From Acidobacteriota bacterium (GTDB lineage Bacteria; Acidobacteriota; Thermoanaerobaculia; Multivoradales; UBA5704), in contig JAXDKG010000055.1 in the NCBI GenBank assembly GCA_034667225.1, positions 121,104 through 185,103 of the forward strand: a stretch of 64,000 nt of DNA, read 5' to 3'. The notes under the pieces were generated by a model. The model was not told the origin of the DNA. It did no database searches and worked only from the letters and a program-made list of their open reading frames with translations. This document shows, piece after piece, positions 27,062 to 36,042 of this stretch. The first letter of the stretch is position 1, and each line of letters begins with the position of its first letter. A program made the position numbers and the translations under genes.

Positions 27062-29026
27062 ATGTTGAAAGTGTTCCGCGACAACCTCAAGCACCTGAAG
27101 TGGATCCTCGTCTTCGTGGTGCTTTTGTTCATCTTCTTCATCTGGGCCGACTTCGGCACCGGCATCGGCAATCGGGGCCAGGGAGCCGGCGGACCCCGGG
27201 TCGCCGCCTATGTGGGCGACGGCGAGGTCACTCTGACCGAGTTCGAGCGCCAGTACCGCCAGCTCGAAGGGCTGTACGGCCAGATCTACGGCGACCGCAT
27301 GACGCCCGAGATGGCCCGCCAGATGGGCCTGCCCATGCAGGCGCTCAACCAGGCGGTCAGCCAGGAGATCCTCCTCGCCGAGGCCCGCGACATGGGCCTG
27401 AAAGTCACCGACGACGAGCTGCGCGACAACATCCTCCAGGAGCAGACCTTCAAGGACGAACAGGGCCGCTTCATCGGCGAGGAGCGCTACCAGGACATGG
27501 TGCGCAACCGCCTCGGCTATGCCAGCTCGGCCGCATTCGAGCAGAGCCTGCGCGAGGAGCTCCTGGTCCGCAAGCTGATGGACATCCTCAAGGCCAACCT
27601 CTACGTCTCCGACAAGGAGGTCGAGGAGGCCTACCGCGAGCAGGTCGAGCGCGCCCGCATCCGCTACATCCAGCTCCCGCGCTCGCGCTTCGCCCAGAAC
27701 GCCCAGGTCACGGACGCCGAGGTCAAGGACTACTTCGCCAAGCACGCCCAGGAGTACCGCCTGCCCGAGCAGCGCGAGGCTGCCTACCTCCTGGTCGACC
27801 CGGCCCAGCTCGCCGCCAAGGTCCCGGCGGACGAGGCGGCGCAACGCGCCTGGTACCAGGAGCACAAGGAGGAGTACACGCAGCCGGAGCAGGTCCACGC
27901 CCGCCACATCATCGTCAAAACCGAGGGGCGGCGGACCGACGCCGACGCGCAGAAAGTACTGGCGGACGTCCGCGCCCGCCTGGCCAAGGGCGAGGACTTC
28001 GCCGCCCTCGCCCGCGAGCTGAGCGGCGAGCCCGCTGCCAAGACGAGCGGCGGCGACCTCGGCTTCTTTGGCCGCGGCCAGATGGATCCCGTGTTCGAGG
28101 AGGCCGCCTTCGGCGCCCAGCCCAACGTACTGGTCGGTCCCATCAAGTCCAGCTTCGGCTGGCACCTGATCCAGGTGCTCGAAAAGCGGCCCGCCGGCAC
28201 CCAGCCGTTCGAGCAGGTCCGGCCGATGATCGCCCAGCGCCTGTCCGCGGACCGCACCGCCGAGATGGCCGAGGCCAAGGCCCGGGAGCTCGCCCAGCGC
28301 CTGGCCAAAGACAAGCCCGCGAGCGCCGACGCGCTCAAGCCCCTGGCCAACGCGGCCGAGGGGATCTCCTTCGGCGAGACCGGCCCCTTCTCCCGGCAGG
28401 AGCCGGTGAGCGGGATCGGCTTCGCCCCGGCCCTCAACAGCGCCGCCTTCGCCCTGCAGAAGGGCGGCATGTCCGAGGCGATCCAGACCCCCCGCGGCTG
28501 GGCCGTGATCTACGTGAAGGACGTCAAGGCGCCGCGCGCGCCCGAGATCAAGGACGTGGAGCCGCGCGTACGCGCCGCGGTCGCCCGCAAGAAGCAGCAG
28601 GATCTGACGATGCAGCAGCTCCGCCAGGCCAAGAAGCCGGGCGCGACCCTCGACCAGATCGCCGCCGGTCTCGGCCTGGAGATCAAGGAGAGCGCCGAGT
28701 TCGGCCTCGACGGCCAGATCGCCGGCATCGGCCGGAACCCCGAGCTCGCCAAGGCCGCCATGGCCCTCAGCCCCGGCCAGCTCGGCGAACCGGTCGGCGA
28801 CGCCCAGGGCGCCGTGCTCTTCGAAGTCAAGGAGCGCAAGAGCTGGGACCCCATCCAGTTCGCCGCCGCCCGCGAGCAGACGCGCGAGCAGGTCAGCCGC
28901 ACCAAGCTGGACGCGCTGGAGGCCGCCCTGCTAGAGAAGCGCCGCCGCGAGCTGGACGTGCGCTTCGACCCGACGGTCCTCGAGGAGTTCGGAATCACCG
29001 AGCCGCCGGCGAACCCGGCCGGCTGA
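27062..29026 (+). CDS. SurA/PpiD-family peptidyl-prolyl isomerase
   Basis: AAGGAG RBS; N-terminal TM, SurA_N-like helices, rotamase motifs VHARHII, F..LA..LS, GGDLGFF, GPIKSSFGWHLI. Confidence 0.9.
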   Translation: MLKVFRDNLKHLKWILVFVVLLFIFFIWADFGTGIGNRGQGAGGPRVAAYVGDGEVTLTEFERQYRQLEGLYGQIYGDRMTPEMARQMGLPMQALNQAVSQEILLAEARDMGLKVTDDELRDNILQEQTFKDEQGRFIGEERYQDMVRNRLGYASSAAFEQSLREELLVRKLMDILKANLYVSDKEVEEAYREQVERARIRYIQLPRSRFAQNAQVTDAEVKDYFAKHAQEYRLPEQREAAYLLVDPAQLAAKVPADEAAQRAWYQEHKEEYTQPEQVHARHIIVKTEGRRTDADAQKVLADVRARLAKGEDFAALARELSGEPAAKTSGGDLGFFGRGQMDPVFEEAAFGAQPNVLVGPIKSSFGWHLIQVLEKRPAGTQPFEQVRPMIAQRLSADRTAEMAEAKARELAQRLAKDKPASADALKPLANAAEGISFGETGPFSRQEPVSGIGFAPALNSAAFALQKGGMSEAIQTPRGWAVIYVKDVKAPRAPEIKDVEPRVRAAVARKKQQDLTMQQLRQAKKPGATLDQIAAGLGLEIKESAEFGLDGQIAGIGRNPELAKAAMALSPGQLGEPVGDAQGAVLFEVKERKSWDPIQFAAAREQTREQVSRTKLDALEAALLEKRRRELDVRFDPTVLEEFGITEPPANPAG

Positions 29027-29631
29027 TGATCGGCTACTTGCAGGGCAGCCTCCTCAAGGCCACGCCGGAGCGGCTGCTCCTCGACGTGCAGGGCGTGGGC
29101 TACGAGGTCCACGTCCCTCTCTCGACCTGGTACGAGATCGAGAAGCGGGGCGGTGCCGGCGCGGGCAAGGTCGCCCTGTTCATCCACACCCAGGTGCGCG
29201 AGGACGAGATCGCGCTCTTCGGGTTCTGGACCGAGCGCGAGAAGGCGCTGTTCGAGAAGCTGATCGCGGTGGGCGGCATCGGGCCGCGGCTGGCGCGGGT
29301 GATCCTCTCGGGCATGGCGCCCGACGACCTGCTCGGCGCCATCGCATCCGGGGACCTCGCTCGGCTGAGCACGATCCCCGGGATCGGCAAGAAGACCGCC
29401 GAGCGCATGGTGCTGGAGCTCAAGGACAAGATGCGCGAGCTCGCCGCCGAGCTGCCGGAGAGGACATCGGCGACACCGCCCGCCGGCCAGGACGTGGTCT
29501 CAGCCCTGGTCAACCTCGGCTACAAGGCCGCCCAGGCCGAGCGCGCCGTGGCCGACGCCCACCGAGAGAAACCCGACGCCGCCTTCCACGACCTGCTGCG
29601 CGCCAGCCTCCACCGGCTGTCGCGGGCATAG
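29026..29631 (+). CDS. ruvA: Holliday junction branch migration protein RuvA
   Basis: MIGYLQG, GVGYEV, VRED...LFGF, GIGP, IPGIGKKTAER, ALVNLGY; TGATG overlap. Confidence 0.96.
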   Translation: MIGYLQGSLLKATPERLLLDVQGVGYEVHVPLSTWYEIEKRGGAGAGKVALFIHTQVREDEIALFGFWTEREKALFEKLIAVGGIGPRLARVILSGMAPDDLLGAIASGDLARLSTIPGIGKKTAERMVLELKDKMRELAAELPERTSATPPAGQDVVSALVNLGYKAAQAERAVADAHREKPDAAFHDLLRASLHRLSRA

Positions 29632-29636
29632 CTTTT

Positions 29637-29668
29637 CTCCCTCTCCCCCGGCAGGGGGGAGAGGGAGG
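29637..29668. repeat. CCCTCTCCC...GGGAGAGGG hairpin between convergent genes
   Basis: CTCCCTCTCCCCC-GGCA-GGGGGGAGAGGGAG inverted repeat. Confidence 0.65.
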
Positions 29669-29674
29669 ATGGGA

Positions 29675-30508
29675 TCAAGGAGCGAAGTAACCGAAGACGT
29701 CGATCGTGGCGTGAACGGCCCCGTTGCCCTGCACCGTCGCCAGAATGGCCAGCTTCCCCGTACCATCCGCTGAGAGCGGAATGATCGAGTTGTTCGCCCG
29801 GGTCGCGCCGGCCGCGAAGTTGATCGTGCTCGTCCCCGGGATCGGGTAGTTGCCCGGGAAGAGCACCATGCCGCCCGGACCCGAGCCGGTGATCGCCGTG
29901 ACGTTCACCGCCAAGGCTCGGGCATTGGCTGGGATGTCGCAGGCGCCATCCAGGGTCACCAGCCGGGTCACCCCGGACTGCAGCGGCGAACCGATGCGGG
30001 TGTCGAGGAAGCGGCAGGGGGTCAACGTGTAGAAATCCGTCGCCGCCGGCGGGAGGAGGACCAGCGCCGCGGGCAACGAATCGGCCAGCCCCGAGGCGTT
30101 CGAGATCCGCAACACCACCGTGTACACGCCGGGTGCCAGGTCTGCCGTGTCCAGCCAATCGAGCGCGCCCGGGACCTGCCGCACCAGCGTCGTCCCCTGA
30201 AGCAGCCGCCAGGTGTAGGCGAGCGGCGGCTTGCCCTTGCCGCTGCCGGAGAGCGAAATGAGCTGGCCGACCTCCGCCGTGGCGACTCCGACCACCGCCG
30301 ACACGATCGAAGGCACCGGATTGAGCACGTTCACCGTCTTCGTGACCGTGCTGCATCCAGCCCAGTTGCAGGTCGTCAGCGTGACCTGCTGCGCTCCCGG
30401 TGTGGAGAACGTCTGTACAGGGTTCTGCTGGTTGGACGTCTGTGCCTGCACGAGCGCAGCCGAGCCAAGCAACAGAACCCCGCCCCAGAAAGCGGCGGCT
30501 CTCGCCAT
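29675..30508 (-). CDS. Secreted PKD-like domain protein
   Basis: GAGGT RBS; signal peptide; QNPVQTFSTPG...VTLT PKD-like segment; C-terminal FYTLTPCR.LDTR...IP..A.A.AVNVT...DVFGYF module. Confidence 0.75.
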   Translation of the reverse strand: MARAAAFWGGVLLLGSAALVQAQTSNQQNPVQTFSTPGAQQVTLTTCNWAGCSTVTKTVNVLNPVPSIVSAVVGVATAEVGQLISLSGSGKGKPPLAYTWRLLQGTTLVRQVPGALDWLDTADLAPGVYTVVLRISNASGLADSLPAALVLLPPAATDFYTLTPCRFLDTRIGSPLQSGVTRLVTLDGACDIPANARALAVNVTAITGSGPGGMVLFPGNYPIPGTSTINFAAGATRANNSIIPLSADGTGKLAILATVQGNGAVHATIDVFGYFAP

Positions 30509-30579
30509 GGTCGTCACCTCTTTAATTGCCATTAAGCTATCTTTTTCCGGCTCCCGGGTCAAGCGGAGGGGCGGGAGGC

Positions 30580-30585
30580 TACAAT
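30580..30585 (+). promoter_or_regulatory. -10 hexamer (TACAAT), likely leaderless ruvB
   Basis: TACAAT, 6 nt, then ATG 30592; no SD in between. Confidence 0.5.
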
Positions 30586-30591
30586 GCCTCC

Positions 30592-31614
30592 ATGACTGAA
30601 GACCGGATCCTCTCCGGCGTTCCCGACCCCGAGGACCTGGGCGTCGAGCCCTCGCTGCGTCCCTCGCGGCTGGAGGAGTACATCGGCCAGAGGCGGATCA
30701 TCGACAACCTGAAGGTATTCATCCGCGCGGCGAGCGAGCGGCGGGAGAGCCTGGACCACGTCCTCCTGTTCGGTCCACCCGGCCTGGGCAAGACGACCCT
30801 CGCCCACATCATCGCCAACGAGATGGGCGCGCCCCTGCGCATCACCTCCGGCCCCGTGCTGGAGCGGGCGGGCGACCTCGCGGCCATCGTCACCAACCTC
30901 GACGCCGGCGAAGTGCTGTTCATCGACGAGATCCACCGTCTCGGCCCCACGGTCGAGGAGATCCTCTATCCGGCGCTGGAAGACTTCCGGCTCGACCTCG
31001 TCATCGGACAGGGCCCGGCGGCGCGCACGGTCAAGATCGACCTCCCCCGCTTCACCCTGGTAGGCGCCACCACCCGCGCCGGCCTGCTCTCCGCCCCCCT
31101 GCGCGCCCGCTTCGGGATCGTCCACCGCCTCGACTTCTACAAGCCCGAGGAGCTGACCACGATCGTCGAGCGCTCGGCCCGGCTGCTCAACATTCCGATC
31201 GAGCCCGACGGGGCGACGGAGATCGCGCGCCGCAGCCGGGGGACCCCGCGGGTCGCGAACCGCCTGCTCCGCCGGGTGCGCGACTTCGCCCAGGTGGAGC
31301 GCGCCCGCAAGATCGACCTGCGGATCGCGCAGAAGGCGCTCGCACTCCTGGAGGTCGACGAGTTCGGCTTCGAGGACCTCGACCGCAAGATCCTCAGCAC
31401 CCTGATCGAGCACTACTCCGGCGGACCCGCCGGCCTCAAGGCGCTGGCCGCGGCCGTCGGCGAAGACGCGGGCACCATCGAGGACCTCTACGAGCCCTAC
31501 CTGGTCCAGGAGGGCTTCCTCCAGCGCACCCCCCGCGGCCGGGTCGCCACCCATCGCGCCTATCGGCACCTCGGCTATCCGCCGCGGCCGGGCACCACCG
31601 GCAGCCTGTTCTGA
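30592..31614 (+). CDS. ruvB: Holliday junction branch migration helicase RuvB
   Basis: [47 protein letters not shown]. Confidence 0.97.
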   Translation: MTEDRILSGVPDPEDLGVEPSLRPSRLEEYIGQRRIIDNLKVFIRAASERRESLDHVLLFGPPGLGKTTLAHIIANEMGAPLRITSGPVLERAGDLAAIVTNLDAGEVLFIDEIHRLGPTVEEILYPALEDFRLDLVIGQGPAARTVKIDLPRFTLVGATTRAGLLSAPLRARFGIVHRLDFYKPEELTTIVERSARLLNIPIEPDGATEIARRSRGTPRVANRLLRRVRDFAQVERARKIDLRIAQKALALLEVDEFGFEDLDRKILSTLIEHYSGGPAGLKALAAAVGEDAGTIEDLYEPYLVQEGFLQRTPRGRVATHRAYRHLGYPPRPGTTGSLF

Positions 31615-31622
31615 ACCCCTCC

Positions 31623-32507
31623 GTGCGCACCGCCGCCCTGATCTACAACCCGACCGCGGGCCGCCAGCGCCATGCGCAGGTCCTCGAACCGGTGCTCTCC
31701 GCCCTGCGGGAAGGAGGGTTCGACGTGGAGCCGGTCCCCACCCAGGCTGCCGGGGACGCCACCCGGCTCGCCCGCGACCGGGCAGGGAAGATGGAAGTGG
31801 TCTTCGCCTTCGGAGGGGATGGCACTGTGCGCGAAGTGGCGGCCGGCCTTCTCGGGACGGAGACGGCCCTGGGCATCGTGCCGGGCGGCACGGTCAACGT
31901 CCTCTCGATGTCCCTCGGCCTCCCCCGCGACCCGCTGACTGCCGCCAAGCTGGCGGGGAGGCTTGAGCCGCAGAAGCTCGACGTCGGCCTGATCGGCGAG
32001 TCGCCGTTCCTGATGATGGTCTCGGCCGGGCTCGACGCGAGCGTGATGGCCGGGCTCGACACCCGGCTCAAGTGGCGGATCGGCAAGGCGGCCTACCTCT
32101 GGCAGGGGCTCCAGGAGTGGTGGCGCTACCCGTATCACCGCTTCGAGGTGATCGCGGACGGAGCTCCCCTGGAAGCCTCCTTCGTGGCCGTCTCGAACAT
32201 TCCTTACTATGGGGGCGCCTACGCCCTCGCCCCGGGCGCGCGCCCTCACGACGGGAAGCTCGACCTGGTGCTGTTCCAGGGGCACGGGCGCCGCGAGACC
32301 CTCAGCTTCGCTCTCGACCTGCTGCGCGGCGTGCACCTGCGCCGGAGCGACGTGACGGTCCGCCACGTGCAAGAGGTCGAGCTGCGGTCCCCGGCCGGGG
32401 CCGTGGCGCAGATCGACGGCGACGTCTGCGAAGAGCGGCTCCCCTTCACCGTCCGGATCGCGCCGGACCCGCTCCTGGTGCTGTCGCCGGAGATCCCGGC
32501 CACCTGA
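31623..32507 (+). CDS. Diacylglycerol/lipid kinase family (YegS/BmrU)
   Basis: IYNPTAG, GGDGT, GIVPGGTVN, N..YYGG, DG.LD, QIDGD. Confidence 0.9.
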   Translation: MRTAALIYNPTAGRQRHAQVLEPVLSALREGGFDVEPVPTQAAGDATRLARDRAGKMEVVFAFGGDGTVREVAAGLLGTETALGIVPGGTVNVLSMSLGLPRDPLTAAKLAGRLEPQKLDVGLIGESPFLMMVSAGLDASVMAGLDTRLKWRIGKAAYLWQGLQEWWRYPYHRFEVIADGAPLEASFVAVSNIPYYGGAYALAPGARPHDGKLDLVLFQGHGRRETLSFALDLLRGVHLRRSDVTVRHVQEVELRSPAGAVAQIDGDVCEERLPFTVRIAPDPLLVLSPEIPAT

Positions 32508-32516
32508 AAGGAAGAC

Positions 32517-34616
32517 ATGCCCTCCAGACCCCTCGACCCGATCTTCTCCCCGACCTCCATCGCCGTGGTGGGCGCCTCCCGCCGCCGGGAGTCTCTGGGA
32601 TTCAGCCTGCTGCACAACCTGGTCGGCAACGAGTTCAACGGCGCCATCTACCCGGTCAACCCCGAGGCCCGGGCGATCCACTCGCTGAAGTGCTACCCCA
32701 ACGTCCAGGCCATCCCCGACCCGGTCGACCTCGCCGTCATCCTCGTCCCTCGGCAAAAGGTGCTGGGAGTGGTGGAAGAGTGCCTGGCCAAGGGAGTCAA
32801 GGGACTGATCGTCATCACCGCCGGCTTCTCGGAGATCGGCGAGGAGGGGGCCGAGCGCGAGCGCAAGCTGCGCGAGATCGTCCGCCCCGCGGGCGTCCGC
32901 ATGATCGGCCCCAACTGCATGGGGGTCATCAACACCGCCCCCGAAATTCGCCTGAACGCCACCTTCGCGCCCACCCCGGCGCAGGCCGGAGCCATCGGCT
33001 TCGTCAGCCAGTCCGGCGCGCTGGGAGTGGCGATCCTGAACGTCGCCCAGGACCTGGGGATCGGCCTCACCCAGTTCGTCTCCATGGGCAACAAGGCCGA
33101 CGTCTCGGGCAACGACCTCCTGGAGCACTGGGAGGACGACCCGGAGACCCGCGTCATCTGCATGTACCTGGAATCGTTCGGCAACCCGCGGCGCTTCACC
33201 GAGATCGCCAAGCGGGTGACGCGCAAGAAGCCAATCCTGGTGGTCAAGTCCGGGCGCACGGCCGAGGGGGCGCGGGCCGCCTCCAGCCACACCGGCGCCC
33301 TGGCGGGGGCGGACGTTACCGTCTCCGCTCTTCTCGAGCAATGCGGCGTGCTCCGGGCCAACACGATCGAAGAGCTGTTCGACGTCTGCCGAGCGCTGGT
33401 GCGCTGCCCGCTGCCGGACGGCAACAGGGTGGGGATCGTCACCAACGCGGGAGGCCCGGCCATCATGGCGACTGACGCCTGTATCAACCAGGGTCTGCGC
33501 ATGGCGGAGCTCTCCGAGGCCACCCGGCAGGGTCTGCGTTCGTTCCTGCCGGCCGAGGCAAGCGTCAACAACCCGGTGGACATGATCGCCTCGGCCAACC
33601 CGGACTCCTATGCCCGCACCCTGGCCGCGGTCCTCGACGATCCCGGGGTGGACATGGCCATGGTGATCAACGTGACCCCTGTGCTGTCGAGTCCCACCGA
33701 CATCCTGGAAGTGGTGGGTGAAGTGGCGCGGACGCGCTCCAAGCCGGTGCTGGCCGTGATGATGGCCACGGACGAGTTCTACGAGTCGGTCAAGCACATC
33801 CGAGACCTGTCCCCCGTCTACCGTTTCCCGGAGCCGGCCGCGAGGGTCCTTCGCCTCCTCTCCAGCTACGGCGCCTGGGTGCGCCGGCCCGTCGAAGAGT
33901 CCGCTCCCGAGTTCGAGACCGACGATGCCGAGGTCGCATCCATCCTCGACCGCACCGCCGATGGCTATCTGGATCCCGGGGACGCCTTCCGGGTGCTCGA
34001 CCTCTACGGCATCCCCCTGGCCCGCTGGCGCCGGGCCTCGACCGCCGAAGAAGCACTGGCTGCAGCGCGGGAGATCGGCTACCCGGTGGTGCTCAAGGCG
34101 GTGGCGCCCGACCTGGTCCACAAGAGCGACGTGGGAGCGGTGCAGGTGGATCTGCGCGACGATCACGCCCTGAACGAAGCGATCCGAAAGACGACTGAGT
34201 CAGTGACGGGCGCCGGCCATGGCATCGAGGGCTGGCTCCTCCAGGAGATGGCGAAGGGCGGGCACGAGGTCATCTTCGGCATCACCACCGATCCCCGTTT
34301 CGGCCCGCTGCTCATGTTCGGCCTCGGGGGAAAGTACGTGGAAGTCTTCCAGGACGTCCGCTTCGGAGTCCTCCCCCTGGGCAGGACCGACGCCCTGGAC
34401 ATGGTGCGGGGCATCCGCGGCTTTCGGCTATTGGAGGGAGTGAGGGGCGAGCCCGGTGCCGACCTGGACCTCCTCTGCGAGATCCTGCTGCGTCTTGCTC
34501 AGCTCGCCCAGCGCCATCCACGCATCCGGGAGGTGGACATCAACCCCTTCCTGGCCGGTCCGGACCGGTCCTCCGCTTTGGCCGTGGATGCGCGGATCCG
34601 GGTGGGTGATCTGTAG
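32517..34616 (+). CDS. Acetate/acyl-CoA ligase (ADP-forming), fused alpha-beta
   Basis: SIAVVGAS, GPNCMG, SQSG, ASSHTG (phospho-His), NPVDM, GYPVVLK, HKSDVG, DINP. Confidence 0.92.
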   Translation: MPSRPLDPIFSPTSIAVVGASRRRESLGFSLLHNLVGNEFNGAIYPVNPEARAIHSLKCYPNVQAIPDPVDLAVILVPRQKVLGVVEECLAKGVKGLIVITAGFSEIGEEGAERERKLREIVRPAGVRMIGPNCMGVINTAPEIRLNATFAPTPAQAGAIGFVSQSGALGVAILNVAQDLGIGLTQFVSMGNKADVSGNDLLEHWEDDPETRVICMYLESFGNPRRFTEIAKRVTRKKPILVVKSGRTAEGARAASSHTGALAGADVTVSALLEQCGVLRANTIEELFDVCRALVRCPLPDGNRVGIVTNAGGPAIMATDACINQGLRMAELSEATRQGLRSFLPAEASVNNPVDMIASANPDSYARTLAAVLDDPGVDMAMVINVTPVLSSPTDILEVVGEVARTRSKPVLAVMMATDEFYESVKHIRDLSPVYRFPEPAARVLRLLSSYGAWVRRPVEESAPEFETDDAEVASILDRTADGYLDPGDAFRVLDLYGIPLARWRRASTAEEALAAAREIGYPVVLKAVAPDLVHKSDVGAVQVDLRDDHALNEAIRKTTESVTGAGHGIEGWLLQEMAKGGHEVIFGITTDPRFGPLLMFGLGGKYVEVFQDVRFGVLPLGRTDALDMVRGIRGFRLLEGVRGEPGADLDLLCEILLRLAQLAQRHPRIREVDINPFLAGPDRSSALAVDARIRVGDL

Positions 34617-34727
34617 ACTCTAGCCATGGAATTGGATGAGCCTTCCACTGGAATTCCTGATTACGGAGGGTTGATCCATGCGCCCGAAGTTGACTCCGCA
34701 GATCAGTGGGGATGGGATGGTTCGCTG

Positions 34728-35045
34728 CTAGCTCCTCATGACGTAGAGGATCGCCCGGATGATGTTCCGGATCAGGAAAGGGAGCACGAACAGGCCGACA
34801 TAGAAGCCCGCGGTGTAACCGCGGCCCGTGTTCAAGGGGGCCCAGACCTCCCGGTCGGTGAAGCAGAACAGAATCAGGTTCTGGAACCCGAAGAAGCCGT
34901 GGAGGACTCCCCCTCCGAAGCCGTACTCGCGGGCGGGGTCGATCTCGACCCAGAAGTAGGCGATCGCGATAAGGACGGCGACTAGTAGAAGAACCAGCCG
35001 TAGGCGAAACAGGACGGTCAGTACAGCGAGTACAAACCGCCTCAT
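34728..35045 (-). CDS. Small membrane protein
   Basis: Hydrophobic helices; G.LHG...N, WAP.NTG.GY..GF; ATGA overlap with the upstream gene. Confidence 0.65.
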   Translation of the reverse strand: MRRFVLAVLTVLFRLRLVLLLVAVLIAIAYFWVEIDPAREYGFGGGVLHGFFGFQNLILFCFTDREVWAPLNTGRGYTAGFYVGLFVLPFLIRNIIRAILYVMRS

Positions 35046-35638
35046 CGGCTACATGGCCTCAGATCCTCCGGCGCATAGCGGTAGTGGCCCGTAAGGGTGA
35101 AGGCGAACAGCGAGTCCTCCTCCTGGGTGCCCTGGCCGATGTTGTGGATGACGAGCGGGACTCCCGCCGCCGTCTTCTTGTCCGAGACGATCCCAATGTG
35201 GGGCACGCCGGAGGGCAGCCGCCAGGTCACGAGGTCGCCCGGCACGTAGTCCTTGGCGCTTCGGGTGACCGGGAACGACTTGCCCTTCCGCGTGAAGAAG
35301 GCCCCCAGGTTGGGGACGCGCCGGTGGTCGATGTTCGAGTCGGGCCGGCTGAGTCCCCAGTTCTTCGGATAGGCCCGCCACGCCGCAGACATGTCCTCGT
35401 GCACCCGGACTTGAAGGTCCACCCCGAGTTGCCGATAGGCCCGGACCACGACGTCCGTGCAGACTCCGCGGTCCTGAGGGACATCGCCGTTCGGGTAGGG
35501 AAGCCGGCGGTAGCCGGAGTCGTAGAGGATGGTGACGCCTATCTGCTCCCGGGCGGCTTCCACTAGGCAACTTCCGGAGTCGGCCATGGCCGGCTGCGGG
35601 AGCAGCAGAATTAGCGATAGGAAGAGAAGCCGGCGCAT
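35042..35638 (-). CDS. DUF1287 (YijF-like) secreted protein
   Basis: Signal peptide; YPNGDVP..GVCTDVVVRA, D.NIDHRRVPNL, PHIGIVS, HNIG. Confidence 0.9.
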   Translation of the reverse strand: MRRLLFLSLILLLPQPAMADSGSCLVEAAREQIGVTILYDSGYRRLPYPNGDVPQDRGVCTDVVVRAYRQLGVDLQVRVHEDMSAAWRAYPKNWGLSRPDSNIDHRRVPNLGAFFTRKGKSFPVTRSAKDYVPGDLVTWRLPSGVPHIGIVSDKKTAAGVPLVIHNIGQGTQEEDSLFAFTLTGHYRYAPEDLRPCSR

Positions 35639-35778
35639 TCCGCTGCACTCTCGAAGCTGACGAGCCTGCGCACCAGGGCGTTGTAACGGCCATGGGCGGA
35701 GTCGGAGTCCTCACCCCGGGCGAGATCCGCGAGCCCCTCCTGCACGAGGTCGCCACCGGGAAAGGCAGTCAGGTCCAT
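35611..35778 (-). CDS. 55-aa hypothetical protein (not in the ORF track), possibly internally deleted
   Basis: MDLTAFPGGDLVQEGLADLARGEDSDSAHGRYNALVRRLVSFESAAECAGFSSYR; GC3-rich codons; TATACT 6 nt upstream of the ATG; overlaps the DUF1287 start. Confidence 0.55.
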   Translation of the reverse strand: MDLTAFPGGDLVQEGLADLARGEDSDSAHGRYNALVRRLVSFESAAECAGFSSYR

Positions 35779-35799
35779 GAGCCAAGTATATGACCCGGG

Positions 35800-36040
35800 G
35801 CGGGGAACCGACTTACCTGCGCCAGGAAGTGAGCTCCGGGCGCGGGTAAGTCACTTCCGGATACCGGGAAGTCACTTATGGACCGCGGGGTAAGCGACTT
35901 CCCGGCACAGGAAAGTGAGCTCGGGGCACAGGTAAGTCACGTCAAGACGCGGGTAAGTGACTCCGAGGGCGGGAAAGTGACTTGCGGACAACGGGTAAGC
36001 GAGATCCGGACAGGGGGAAGGGAAGTGACTTACGGGGCCG
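35800..36040. repeat. 21-bp-period degenerate tandem array, family A
   Basis: AAGT(C/G)ACTT-like cores at about 35805, 35826, 35847, 35868, 35891, 35912, 35933, 35954, 35974, 35996, 36022; same family as 9056-9246. Confidence 0.85.
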
Positions 36041-36042
36041 GA

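Noticed and set aside
26992-29025. Apparent 879-aa RuvA fusion
   Set aside because: The N-terminal part is an Arg/Pro/Gly-rich off-frame read of the PPIase; RuvA starts at 29026. Similar spurious extensions were trimmed from rodA, the radical SAM gene at 36043, DUF2911 and the HAD gene.
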